Part shown: in pieces, positions 51,148 to 63,630 of the stretch | Layout of the letters: each line of letters starts with the position of its first letter | Position numbering within the stretch: position 1 is the stretch's first letter | Source: Perkinsus chesapeaki ATCC PRA-425 | Taxonomy: Eukaryota; Protista; Perkinsozoa | Reading direction: 5' to 3' | DNA length: 64,000 nucleotides | Assembly (NCBI GenBank): GCA_013115145.1 | Contig: JAAPAO010000017.1 | Coordinates: 75,440 to 139,439 of the forward strand | The notes under the pieces: model-generated | The model's database searches: none | Told to the model about the DNA's origin: nothing | Seen by the model: the letters and a program-made list of their open reading frames with translations, nothing else | Program-made: the position numbers and the translations under genes

Positions 51148-52273
51148 ATATCCTCATGGCAGTGCGATCACCACCGGAATGCTCATGGCAGTACAAGTGG
51201 TAATGCCAAGACAGGCAAAGGGTAAAGGATGTTATTGGCATTGATCACTCATGTGGACCATATGCGTAATTCCCTATGCAACATGCATCATCAGGGACCT
51301 CGCAGCTCCCAAAACTCATCTGGATCCCGAGCTTCCTGCTTGCCTAAAATCTCAAAATGATGATATGGGTCTGTGCTGCTCGCGGAGAGAGGCCCCGAGT
51401 GAGCGCGCCCACTGCCGGTGACCAGAAAAGCTTTCCGAGGAAACCTCTGACTATCGCCAGTCAGGTTGAACGGCTTCCGTAAACCACCGTTGAATTTCAA
51501 GGGCAATTTCAACGGTTGAAATCGCCCCATTCCCCGGCACGATGGTTGTGAAAGTTTCTGATGTAAGTTTCAGTGCAAATAGCGGCACAGAATCTGTTAC
51601 GGATAAAAGGCCGAATTCGTCTAAAATATTCATGGTAACTGTCCAGTGTGCGCCCTTTTCCAGACCGAGGCCCTGAGGATTTTGTGTGTGGAGTCGGTTA
51701 CTAACCGACGGTAAGCGAATTTGTCTTGGGATCGACTGTTATACATGGAAACGAGATACTTCTTCGACGTGCTGTTACCTGAAGCAGCTGAGTAGGCATA
51801 GTGAGAACGGTAAGATTCGATGTCAATGCAACTATTCCAGCACTCACGGACTTCTCACAAAGCGTCGTTCCAACACGTCTACGATCGCAAAAGGTCCATG
51901 TAGTTGAATTATTATGGGGGGGCGTTCCACGTGAGTCTCCGAGAGCGCAATGCGTGCAATGCCGTCGCGTAAAAGAAGAGTTAGCAAACCTTATGGTAGA
52001 GTGACTCGCAGCAGTCACGGTGGAAGAAGAGCTGACTAAATGGGCGCTACCCTAGGTGGCGCCGTCAGCACAAGAGACGCGAACAAGGCACTGCCGCACA
52101 AAGTAAGTTCATGCGTGCACTAGTTCATAGTGTACCAGTTCCGTTGCTTCTGAACCACTCCAAAACAAATGAGTCGAGCGGTTCCTGTGTGTTGAATATC
52201 TCCGTGAGAACGACAATGTAAATCCTTCCGCGTGTTGATGCAGCGTGTGAGGACGTGTGCATGCGTGCAGGGT

Positions 52274-53800
52274 ATGGCTCTGGAAGACGTCAAGGCTCAG
52301 AAGGAAACCGTGAAGCCTTCAAGAAAACAGATTCCTCGAATGAAGTATCTCTGCGCTATACTGTCTGTAACAGCGTCATTATTCGGTCCACTTATGTTTG
52401 GCTTGTCATTGGGGTTCTCTGGTCAAACTATTGACACTATGCAAAATACGGTAACTACAACAAACGGAACTCATATACAGATCGGCGAGAACTCTGGTCT
52501 CTGGGCATTCCAGAGTTCTACTGAGGCTTCTCTGTTCGGATCTTTGGTAACTATTGGTGCCATGATCGGTGCCTCGGCAGGAGGTCCTATTACTGAGAAG
52601 TTCGGCCGCAAATGGACCCTCATTGGCATATCACCATTATTCGTTGTTATGTACGTGTGGATGGCCCTGGCTCACACTGCATGGCAGCTCCTTGTTGCTC
52701 GGGTCTTCGTCGGTGTGGGTGTCGGTGTTGAATCGTTCGTTGTCCCCACATACATTGGAGAGGTATCCCCCATCAAGCTGAGAGGGGCGCTCGGCGCATG
52801 CAATCAGCTGGCCGTCACAATCGGCGTTTTTCTCGCTTATGTCCTAGGATTGGCATTTTCCTCGCAAGCAGCTTCCGTGGACCCTAATGCTGACAGCCAT
52901 ACCTTCTGCAATTGGCGTAACCTTTGTTGGATCATCATCATTCCATCGGCTCTACTTGGTATTTGCATGTTCTTTGCCCCCGAGACTCCACACTGGTTGG
53001 CAAGTCATGGCCGGTTAGAAGCTGCCAAGGCAGCCCTGTCCAAGTTGAGGGACGGCAACGAGGACGGCGATGAGTATATGGCGGAATCTAAAGCTCTCGA
53101 AGTTGCCGCTGAAAGCAAGGTCGAGCAAGGCGGCAGATTCGTTGACGGATTCAAGTCCCTCGGTGAATGTAAAATGCAACTCTTCATTGGAGTTATGCTG
53201 CAGATTTTACAGCAGTTATCAGGTATCAATGCCATTATATTCTATCAAACAACTATATTCCAGGCGGCTGGTCTCGAAGACAAGAAAGCAATAGCACTCT
53301 CTGTTATGGCTGTGTTGATGGCGTTTACCCTGGTTTCTTGTATCATCATGGATAAGGCCGGTAGAATAATACTTCTATTGATAGGAGCTATTGGTATGTG
53401 CATAAGCACTATATGCATGGGGATATTCTTCTATCTTAAAGATGATGCAGGCAATAACAATGTTGGTTGGTTGGCGATAGCATCAGCTTTCGTATATATA
53501 GTAACCTACTCTCTCGGCGTTGGCGGTATACCATGGCTCATTATGGCTGAAATCTTCCCGGGCAATGTTCGAGGTCTGGCGGCTTCTATTGCGACATGTG
53601 TAAACTGGTTCTTCTGTTTCATTGTAACCATGTTCCTGGACAGCTATAGGCGAGCCGTTTCCTTCTCCGGTGTGTTCTGGACTTTTGCTGGAATATGTGC
53701 TTGTATGATTGCATTCGTTGTGATATTTGTTCCAGAGACTAAAGGTAAGACCTTCGACCAGATACAGGCATACTTCAAATCCAAGTATAAACCGCACTAG
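52274..53800 (+). CDS. MFS sugar porter (GLUT/ERD6-like hexose transporter), copy 1, intronless
   Basis: FGRKW, PTYIGEVSPIKLRGALG, PETP, QQLSGINAIIFY, IPWLIMAEIFP, VPETKGK. Start placed at MALEDV; the ORF opens at 52232. Confidence 0.95.
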   Translation: MALEDVKAQKETVKPSRKQIPRMKYLCAILSVTASLFGPLMFGLSLGFSGQTIDTMQNTVTTTNGTHIQIGENSGLWAFQSSTEASLFGSLVTIGAMIGASAGGPITEKFGRKWTLIGISPLFVVMYVWMALAHTAWQLLVARVFVGVGVGVESFVVPTYIGEVSPIKLRGALGACNQLAVTIGVFLAYVLGLAFSSQAASVDPNADSHTFCNWRNLCWIIIIPSALLGICMFFAPETPHWLASHGRLEAAKAALSKLRDGNEDGDEYMAESKALEVAAESKVEQGGRFVDGFKSLGECKMQLFIGVMLQILQQLSGINAIIFYQTTIFQAAGLEDKKAIALSVMAVLMAFTLVSCIIMDKAGRIILLLIGAIGMCISTICMGIFFYLKDDAGNNNVGWLAIASAFVYIVTYSLGVGGIPWLIMAEIFPGNVRGLAASIATCVNWFFCFIVTMFLDSYRRAVSFSGVFWTFAGICACMIAFVVIFVPETKGKTFDQIQAYFKSKYKPH

Positions 53801-55435
53801 TTTGTCACCTTAGTCAATAGTCAATCCCTCATGTCCTTGCTACATCGCTTTGGCCATTGTCGGTGTCCGAAATTTGGTACGGATGAAAAGTTAGTAGAAT
53901 TCGGTTCGTAAATTGTCACATTTATGATGGAAAAATATTGTTCGATTCTTTCCTATCGTTACTGCAGTAGCTTACGAACAAAGTCTGCAGCAACTTTTTT
54001 ATTATTTTCCAGCTAACCCCTACGGTTGCGTTGAGACATTCTCTTTTCTCAAGCATAAAGTAGGCAAGGAAACCGTTGGTCGGTTTAACCGACTCGGTTA
54101 CAGCGTTGAGATTTATATAATTTGCAACCTTCTCTATTGGTGCTGTGGGTATACCGCGGCTCCAAATAGTTCAAATATTAATATGGAATGTCGGAATGGT
54201 CGGAAGCTAACATGTCTCAGTGACTTTATTGTGTCATCGAAGTTGATACGTGTTGCTATTTTCCCTTGTAAGGGCTTCTCGCTCGCCCTAACTATGAAAT
54301 GGCCGGGAGTTCTACCAGAACTGTTTCGTCATGAAAGTTATACCAATCGATTTCCTTTGTCTCAAAATATACCCTATATATCCTTCAAGGTTTCATCTCA
54401 ATGTCATTCAATTTTGATAAACTTTCCCAACAAACGCGAACGCATCGTATAGCACAAGCAAGCCAAACAGCCAGGTCGGCCTTAATTGAGCTCGCTACCC
54501 CGATTCGACGGATAGATAATCGTTCTTGATTAAATGAATCCGCACTGATACAGTCTTACAGCGATGTCGATCATGCTAGACAAGGGCAAAAAGTTTAACA
54601 AAGTTCTACTCATTATTGATCTAATACGATGAGTTTGATATTTCTTCTTCGTCAGCACCGGAAGTCGAGCCAGTGATGACTTCTTCGGTGGCCCAGACCA
54701 GTTTTTGAGAACGCCGGAACCTACGCTGTTACAAAACCACATACAAATTAAATTCGTCGAGTTCTATTTCATCGTTCTCCGCGTGTAGAGAGATTCGCGC
54801 GCTCAGTTATCACTAGCTAGTCCGAAAGCAGCTGGTCGATTTACTGTCATCTTTTCGACCTTCCTCATAATTTTGAGGAATGTCGATTTATCATCGATTT
54901 ATCACAATATTGAGTGAAAGCGGGTAGAAAGTAAGTATAATTTTGTTCAATTATTCCCTTTAATTACGTCGGCCTGTTCAACTTACATTTTAAGAGCTAC
55001 TCGCAAAGATTGCCGCCAGCTCCAAGTAAACAGTCAAGATTCTTGACTCGAGGAGACTTTACTTCGGAGAGTGATTAGTTGGTAGTATATACCAAAACTT
55101 ACCCCATAATGTCGTACTCCCGTCTCCTGTTCAACTATGCCGAAGGAAGCCCCGAAATGCAGAGGAGGAGCAGCGCCTTCTGTGGCCATAGGGTTTCGAG
55201 AAAATGCGCTGAATGAACAAATATAACATTAGCCCCAAGTTGCACCATTTTACCGCCATCTGTGCGAAAAGGCTACACCGGAAGACCCAACGAAACTACT
55301 TGAAGTCGTAAGAGACATCATTCGGATTGTTCAAAGTTGGCTCCCTCAACCTCAGATGGTCCAAGCATTCGAGAACGTCGGCTCCCGTGGCAACACTGTT
55401 CGACTGCTGTCAAACGGCCTCCAGCGCAGCAGCTC

Positions 55436-57873
55436 TCATATTTTATCAGATGTACCAACGTTCTTAATAAGCATCGTTCTAACCTCCGTCATATCTTCCA
55501 TGGCGTATCTTACTCCCTCTCGTCCGATTCCGGAATCCTTCACTCCACCGTATCTGAAACATCATCACCGTCTATAGCAGTACTTCCCTTACGGCATGGA
55601 GTCCACACGAATGCTGGGCACATCATTAACAACTAAGCCGCCGGTTTCCAGGTTGTTCCAGGCGTAAAATGCCCTGTTAATATCATTAGTGAACAACCCC
55701 ACATGAATGCCATATCTGACCACATGAGCGTCAGAGCCAAGGTACGCGTATCAACCTACTTAGAATCATTTGCACGCTCGATGACATCTTTAAAGTCGCT
55801 GAACTTAGCTACACATAGTAGCGGCCCAAATGCCTCTTCCCTCCACGCATCGGTCCTGTCCGGCACATCGGCCATGAGCGTCGGCTCAAACATGGCACCC
55901 TGGCGGCCTCCACCACACAGTAGCGTGCATCCTTCACCAACAGCAGACTTAACCGCAGCTTCTAGTCTAGCTGCCTCCTTGTCCGATATCATTGGCCCTA
56001 TAAAGGTCTTCTCATCCTTAGGGTCTCCCATACGCAACGACTTCACCTTCCCTACCAGAGCCCCTAGTACCTGTCAACACTGCCGGTGCCCATAAGTGCT
56101 ACCCAGCCGTACTGTATCGTATATATCCTCTTTAACATATAATCTCTGTGTAGATATACAACTCTGCCCACTTTGATAATAAGCGCCAAAGGCAATGCGG
56201 TCCACCAAATACTGTAAGCCTTCGTGGGGAATGGAGTCCACTATACAAGCTGCATTCCCACCAAGCTCCAAAACAACTCCTTTACGGCCAGCCTATAACA
56301 AAACGGCCTAATTTACGGCCATACTGCAATAAATTGGCCGTAGCAGAGCTCGGGCCCTTCCCCAAAAAGCTCCATACCCAAAGCCCAGGGAGAGCGATCA
56401 ACGCTGAGCTGCTCACGAGGATTATGCAGTCTCACGAAAATGTGTTAACCGAGCGTTTCTAATAGGAAGTTTAATAGAAAATGCGACCCTAAAAGAAATA
56501 TTTATATGAAATGCATCGCGTCAGGGAGCTTTCGACTTCCCGTAGGCCATTTCTAGGATGCCCCTAATACGTAATCCTACCCGAGCCTTCATGTCCCACC
56601 CAACCGCTGGGCTGCCAGTGAACGACAGCAGCTTGAATCGATCGTCGGTAGTCAACGGGTCTCCGTCTAATGTACTTCGATAAGAGACCGAATCAATGGC
56701 TCTAGCATTACCTTGCCTCGAGCAGGGTATGATCGAAAATGCTCCTTTAGGGAGATCTGTGCACTCAGCGAGGACTTCGCCGATTATCAGTGACCCCAGC
56801 GGAGTGGCACTCGCTGGCTTCAATACAAAAGGGCACCCAACAGCAATGGCCGGGGCCACTTTGTGAGCAGCGAGGTTAAGAGGAAAGTTGAAGGGCGCAA
56901 TCATGGATACAGCGCCTTTAGGAACTCGCTTATACAGTTGCTGTAACCCTCTATTGTGCTCTGATATCTCCATGGTGCTCCATTCGCCATACATACGTGT
57001 GGTCTCCTCAGCGGCTATCACGAAGGTGTCTATGAGGCGGAGGACCTATCAATAGGGTAAAGTGTGGATCTTAAGCAAATGGGTAGAGAATGAGGGATGT
57101 GTGCCATATGGGCTAAGGGAGGTTAGGCCATCAGACAACTATGACTACAAACTACACTATGACATATCCGAAACAATTATCTAGTTCAAAGGAGCCTATA
57201 ACAACCGAGTAAAGAACTACCACGCAGTGTGCTGGAGTTTGGCTATGGTTGACTTCCAAGTATTGGAGTAGCTACGTTAGAATTACGAGCAACACCTCTA
57301 AAAGGCCGAGAGACGCTGGCCTCAAAGACCTGGCATTCCTGCGGGCTCATCAAATCCCCTTGCCTCTGGTAACAGGCGATCCTTGGAAATAGACCCCACT
57401 CGGCCATTTATTACCTCCAAACGAGAGTCCGCTATAGGTTTGCCAGCTTCAACACAAAGACAATAGGCCAGCTCTTCCGCTCTGGACCGGAACCTGCTCT
57501 TACTGTCTATTAATGTATGCCGCACAGCTCCCACCTTTCTACACAGTGCTCTAATATCCTCTTCCGTTGGAAGGCAGGCATCGATGCCATGGCCTTCTCA
57601 GTGCTGTGCGCCGAGGCGATCGCCTTCTCTACATCGGAGGGCTTGGCCATGGCAACATGGCACACAACATCACCACTGTATTTATCTCTAACCGCGAGGT
57701 CTTTATTAGAGTAACTGATAGAAATTCTAAGACGTCCTAGGCGGGCTTTAATGCTACATTGCCTCGCCAGCGAGATACATAGGCCACGCTGGAGCGATAT
57801 GGGCCGAGCTGCTGAAGGCCCTCAGGACAGGGGCCCACCCGCGGGCCACTAAGGCGGAGGATGTACGCTGCAT
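55436..57873 (-). CDS. Aldehyde dehydrogenase, ALDH21-like family, multi-exon, with a mitochondrial-type presequence
   Basis: [87 protein letters not shown] (catalytic Cys), [22 protein letters not shown]-terminus [23 protein letters not shown]. Confidence 0.92.
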
Positions 57874-58104
57874 AATGGGCGGGATAAACACAAACCTGAG
57901 AACGATATCTTGATTTTATCATCAGGTCGGTAGTATGTCCAGCGTTGAAGCCAGGATGGGCACGTACGCATACACACAACGCGTGCGTGAATATACTAGC
58001 GTAAAATTACGACTCTCAGTTCACTTTTCTGTAAATAGGTGGAATCGGCGAAAACTTTGAAGATGCGCGGGATTCTCTGGGTAATTGCGCGGTTAAATTT
58101 TTAA

Positions 58105-58180
58105 GGGCGCGTTTAGCGGAATAGGTTAGCGTACATAATTCTTATTCGAAAGGTCGCAGGCTCAAATCCGGGTATTGTTC
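58105..58180 (+). pseudogene. Degenerate tRNA relic, isotype unclear
   Basis: D-arm-like TAGCGGAATAGGTTAGCG and T-arm-like AGGTCGCAGGCTCAAATCC at tRNA spacing. The stems no longer pair. Confidence 0.45.
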
Positions 58181-59996
58181 TTTCATTCCCACCTCGCATT
58201 ATAGATTCTTTCCAATCAACGCACTTCGGTATTAACCTCCAGAACGGCGGCGAGCATCTGTTTAGATATATACGTCGCTATCCTCAGCTGAGCCCTGAAA
58301 TTTCCCAGCCGAGCCGATACATTGAACGCTGGGATAAGCAATAATAAATGGGAGTTTCGTCGATCATTTCTCAGACTTTTTACCAGTCGTTGTACCAATG
58401 CCAGTATACTCTGCTGCTGATCCGCTCCCTGGCCCTCTGAGCCCAAAAGGAATATTTAAAGGAGCACTAGTAATCATGCATGTAATAACAAGGGGAACAT
58501 TCACAATAGCGGCATTGAAGGGACCTTGATAACTGGGATTTTCAATGGGCCATTTCATCATCCCTCGTGGGCTTTTAAAACTCATTAAGCGACTAACGAA
58601 TAGAACCTCCATATCGAATAAAGCAGGAGCTTCATCGCGTTACGTGATTTGCATTCAGTGACCTCGCCAAAAGTGCTACTAGAAAATCTTCTCTATTAGT
58701 CCTGAAAACTAGATTCTTAGGACTTTGCTTGTTCATTTTCCCAGCGCATCCGCGACTCTCGAGACCATCCTCTGCTATGCCTTTTTTTGGCGGGGTCTGT
58801 GTGGGCCCTGTGGCTTCTAGAGGCATTTGGTCTGGATCTTGTTCCCTCGCTTAATACATGGACTACCCCACAGGAATGTGTGGATTGCATTCAAGGACAA
58901 TTCACTGACGTAAGCCCTTCCGTGGCCACCCCGTGCATGGTCTTGTTAACGGTCAGCTTGCTGGTCTCCGGAGGGCGGCTCTATCCGGCGCTCGGGCCCT
59001 ATTTCTGTCCACTGGTGCACTAACTTTCGTTCAAGCCCTCACAATGACTCTCATATTGGAGATCCTAGGGTATACATGGGAGCTTCGTGTAGGTAAGAGA
59101 AGCAGGCTTACCTTTTTAATGCTTCCCACCCCGATGCTCAGGGACTCTACGGGCAACTCTGTCGGCTATAGTTGTTACCGTTAGTGGGTTTGCCCTTATG
59201 CGTCTAATGGATATGTATGGTATCAGCCCTTGTGAGGAGCCGTTACGGTATGGTAGAGTGGAAGGGGCCCTTCCAATGGTTTTTTCATGTAAGACGGCAT
59301 CCTCAGCTTGGCTGCAGCCTACCTTTATATTTCAGTAACAGTGCTGCTTGCAACTCAGCATATTCGGGTTTCATCTGATATGATGCCGCGAGAGCTTCGA
59401 CTAGGATTCAAGATCGCTCCCGAGTGGTACTGTTGGCTGTTGTTTATAATGTAATAGGGACTACCGTAAGCTATACGTTTTTCCGTGCGGTGGAGATGTT
59501 TCCGGTCAACATGCAGATCAAACTTTCATCTTACGGGGAATGGTGTATCAAAAATTCGGCATACTCGAACTTTTGATATACCATTCGCCGTCGCCATAGC
59601 TGTAATAGAACTTAGAACATGGCCAAAGCCGATTAGCCTGGCACTAGCCACTTGGTTGTCCTTGGATGCTTGCGACTCGCGAGTTGCGAGGTTCAAAATC
59701 TGTGGAGAGTTGTGCGCCATGCACCGTCTACTTGAGCTACTTAGGAAAGGCTCTGATATACACCGAGGACCAACAATTTTCGGCCTACCTTACAACCAAG
59801 GTGGCTGAATCCCCTCTCGGAGGACATGAAATTCATGGTCAATGCAGTATTCGAAGTCACACATTCTGACGTAGCGTCAGTGACGTTGAGGTTGGACGAA
59901 AGACGTCGCACAGCATGCGACGAACCGGCGTCTGCCTGATGGCGGATGCAGGGGTCCCACTCCCGGTGATAGCGGAATATAGCAGCTACCTCCGTG

Positions 59997-61291
59997 ATGG
60001 AGAAGGTCTATATGCGTGACCATATCCAACTGACCTTGAGAGAACCAGAGTTCGCGCAGCTCATTTCCGGCTATGGTGGACGAAGTCCCGACTGGTCCTC
60101 GACCACCACTTCATCCCCTGCGGCCGATCAAGGATTAACGATTGCCTCAGTGGCACCAGGGCACTGGAACTCCCCAGTGCGGACACACCTTGAAATTGGC
60201 GACCTCCCCTTGTGAAGTACTTACTCTAATAATGTGCGAAGCATAAAACCCTTCCTTTTTGTGTTAATTACAGCCGGCGACACACGGGCCAGGCTGAAGG
60301 GTGAGGTCTGGAGGGCGAGGTCTGGAGGTAGGATGCGGAGGCAGGCAGAAAAACCTCCAAGACAGAGGTTTGTCATCTAGCTCACCTCCTAGTGAACGTG
60401 ACAGCGATTGCAACAACAGGGCACCGCTGCTATCATCTGTAGATGGCAGTTTTTCGCCAAGATTCGTGGCATTGCGGACATGGACTACTTCTCATGGAGT
60501 CCTGTTCTTCATAACCACATCCCTGGGAGAATTCCTTGCTAAGATACCACCTCCACAATGAGGCTTCCCTTAGACCATTGTTAGCCACTCACACCCTTCT
60601 TTGTCTAGATCCACTTGGCAGCTATCCGCAGTATCGATAGTTCGTATATATTCTCCATGGTTAATAGCTGGTTTGATGCTTGGGCTCTGCGATCTACCCA
60701 GGCTGAGAGGAATCTGTGGGAAACTAAGAGATTCAAAGGTACGTCATTGCACTTTTATGGATTATCATTTCTTTCAACAGGTACAGCAGCTTCTCAAGCA
60801 CCTAGCAGTACTGGCATTGGCCATCGTGTACTGTCCTTTCACGTTTGCCATCAAACCTACTTTGGATCACGTAGCCCAGTTGTATTGGCAAGAGCTCATT
60901 CACATCTCCTTTTATCTAGCCCCTACCTCCGGCGCTACCATTGACAATATGGCAGGGATCAGAGCAGATGTTAATCAGCGAGGACAGGCTCGGTCCCATA
61001 GTTTTTAAGGCTGTTATTTTCGGCTCGCTTGGGATTTTGATATCTGGCACGACAGGCAAGGCCTCCAAGGGAAGCTGTTTTGCATGCTAAGTGATGTTGT
61101 CAGACCTGTTCTACTATATCGGTGGCATCGCAGTCTTAGTGCTTACTTTTTATGTTATGAACTCTGCCGTATTTGTATTCCCCCACATAGGTTTGGTAGG
61201 CAATTACTGGATACTAAGGATATTTACTTGTGTTCTCCAGGTCCTGCTGGGAATGGAGTGCTACAGCGCACTCACCACTAGCAAGCTCTGA
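59997..61291 (+). CDS. Hypothetical multi-exon membrane protein
   Basis: Hydrophobic segments LAVLALAIVYCPFTF and LFYYIGGIAVLVLTFYVMNSAVFVF in GT-AG-bounded segments. Confidence 0.33.
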
Positions 61292-61682
61292 GCCTCAACT
61301 CCGCATAAACAGATACCCGCTGACATATGCACTGTGAGCATTGATTCCAAACTTGTTTCTTTCTAGTCCAAGATCGACATGAAGTCTTGTGTTCAAGCGC
61401 ACAGTTATTGACAACCGGCGCGCAGGGGCCCTGTGCATGCGTGCAAAATATAGGGTACCATGTCAGCAGCGGTTGAATGGAGCCTCCTTCGGGGAGAACC
61501 AATGCGAGCTTTGTACCAATGTGACATGCTTTTGGGGAGGTGATGAATGTGTCATCACTCTAGTTTGTTGATATAGTTCCTGGGTAGCTGGGTTATTGCG
61601 CATGCGTGCAGAATATAGTATAGCTGTTGTGGCGCTTCAGAGGACGATACTTTAGAAGCTTGTCAGTGAGGTGGTTCATCAA

Positions 61683-63143
61683 ATGAAGTATCTCTGCGCT
61701 ATACTGTCTGTAACGGCGTCATTATTCGGTCCACTTATGTTTGGCTTGTCATTGGGGTTCTCGGGTCAAACTATTGACACTATGCAAAATACGGTAACTA
61801 CAACAAACGGAACTCATATACAGATCGGCGAGAACTCTGATCTGTGGATCTTTAAGACTTCTACTGAGGCTTCTCTGTTCGGATCTTTGGTAACTATTGG
61901 TGCCATGATCGGTGCCTTGGCAGGAGGTCCTATTACTGAGAAGTTCGGCCGCAAATGGACCCTCATTGGCATATCACCATTATTCGTTGTTATGTACGTA
62001 TGGATGGCCCTGGCTCACACTGCATGGCAGCTCCTTGTTGCTCGGGTTTTCGTCGGTGTGGGTGTCGGTGTTGAATCGTTCGTTGTCCCCACATACATTG
62101 GAGAGGTATCCCCTATCAAGCTGAGAGGGGCGCTCGGCGCCTGCAATCAGCTGGCTGTTACCATTGGTATCCTCTTGGCTTATGTCCTAGGATTGGCATT
62201 CCCCTCACAGGCGGATTCCGTGGACCCTAATGCTGACAGCCATACCTTCTGCAATTGGCGTAACCTTTGTTGGATCATCATCATTCCATCGGCTCTACTT
62301 GGTATTTGCATGTTCTTTGCCCCCGAGACTCCACACTGGTTGGCAAGTCATGGCCGGTTAGAAGCTGCCAAGGCAGCCCTGTCCAAGTTGAGGGACGGTA
62401 AAGAGGATGGCGAAGAGTATATGGCGGAATCTAAAGCTCTCGAACTTACCGCTGAAAGCAAGTCCGAGCAAGGTGGAAGTCTTTTAGATAGATTCAAGTC
62501 CCTCGGTGAATGTAAAATGCAACTCTTCATTGGAGTTATGCTGCTGACTTTACAGCAGTTATCAGGTATCAATGCCATTATATTCTATCAAACAACGATA
62601 TTCCAAGAGGCTGGTATAGAGGGCAAGAAAGCAATGGCCCTTACTGTTATGGCTGTGCAACTAGTAGTTACACTTATTTCTTGTATCATTATGGATAAGG
62701 CCGGTAGAAGGATTCTCCTCTTGGCAGGAGCTATTGGTATGTGCATAAGCGCCATATGCATGGGGATATTCTTCTATCTAAAGGATGATGCAGGCATCAA
62801 CAATGTTGGTTGGTTGGCTATAGTATCCGCTTACTGTTATATCGCGGCCTTCTCTATTGGTGTTGGCGCCATACCATGGCTTATTATGGCTGAAATCTTC
62901 CCGGGCAATGTTCGAGGTCTGGCGGCTTCTATTGCGACATGTGTCAACTGGTTCTGTGGTTTCATTGTAACCATGTTCCTGGACAGCTATAGGCGAGCCG
63001 TTTCCTTCTCCGGTGTGTTCTGGACTTTTGCTGGAATATGTGCTTGTATGATTGCATTCGTTGTGATATTTGTTCCAGAGACTAAAGGTAAGACCTTCGA
63101 CCAGATACAGGCATACTTTAAATCCAAGTACAAACCACATTAG
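61683..63143 (+). CDS. MFS sugar porter, copy 2, intronless
   Basis: Same motifs as copy 1, with DKAGRR intact. High DNA identity to 52340-53800. Confidence 0.95.
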   Translation: MKYLCAILSVTASLFGPLMFGLSLGFSGQTIDTMQNTVTTTNGTHIQIGENSDLWIFKTSTEASLFGSLVTIGAMIGALAGGPITEKFGRKWTLIGISPLFVVMYVWMALAHTAWQLLVARVFVGVGVGVESFVVPTYIGEVSPIKLRGALGACNQLAVTIGILLAYVLGLAFPSQADSVDPNADSHTFCNWRNLCWIIIIPSALLGICMFFAPETPHWLASHGRLEAAKAALSKLRDGKEDGEEYMAESKALELTAESKSEQGGSLLDRFKSLGECKMQLFIGVMLLTLQQLSGINAIIFYQTTIFQEAGIEGKKAMALTVMAVQLVVTLISCIIMDKAGRRILLLAGAIGMCISAICMGIFFYLKDDAGINNVGWLAIVSAYCYIAAFSIGVGAIPWLIMAEIFPGNVRGLAASIATCVNWFCGFIVTMFLDSYRRAVSFSGVFWTFAGICACMIAFVVIFVPETKGKTFDQIQAYFKSKYKPH

Positions 63144-63630
63144 TTTGTCATTCATTAGATTATTTAATGGACGATTTATCGAGATCTCACCATAGCTTCG
63201 GTTCTCGCAAGGCAAGTTCAAGTTATTAGCCGGTTCATTACCGATTTCCCATGTGCTGTTTTCCAGTAGAATCACTTACGGTTGCGTTGCATGTCTACTC
63301 GTTTTTGTCTCTGGTTGTGTATTTATTCGAAGCACAGAGATAATCATGTGTTTCTGGGCACCAATCCCTGCATAGATCGTGCCCATTTACATATACGAAC
63401 GCTGCCTTATAATCGTATCCAATCGGAAAGATGCTCGTTTTCGCCCAATAGCGCGCAAAGCGGCCCTCCTTCCCCCAGGAGCGCTGTTCGATGCGGCAAT
63501 TACAGCTTTATCAAAAAGCGGTTATCAATTTTTAGTGGCTCGGCCAAATACTCGGTGTAGTCCTTACTGGGTTGAGCTAACGAAGGGGTTTTGGTGTTCA
63601 GTTCCTGCAACATTCGTATCTTTATTACTC

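Noticed and set aside
56315-56345. tttacggccatac resembles the 5' end of 5S rRNA
   Set aside because: Similarity stops after about 13 nt. The sequence is one arm of a small hairpin (tacggcca...tggccgta) in an ALDH intron.
61425-61525. RINGv-like PCAC...H...CELC pattern
   Set aside because: It needs a frameshift, lacks the first Cys pair and the Trp, and overlaps the CATGCGTGCA motif. Probably coincidental.
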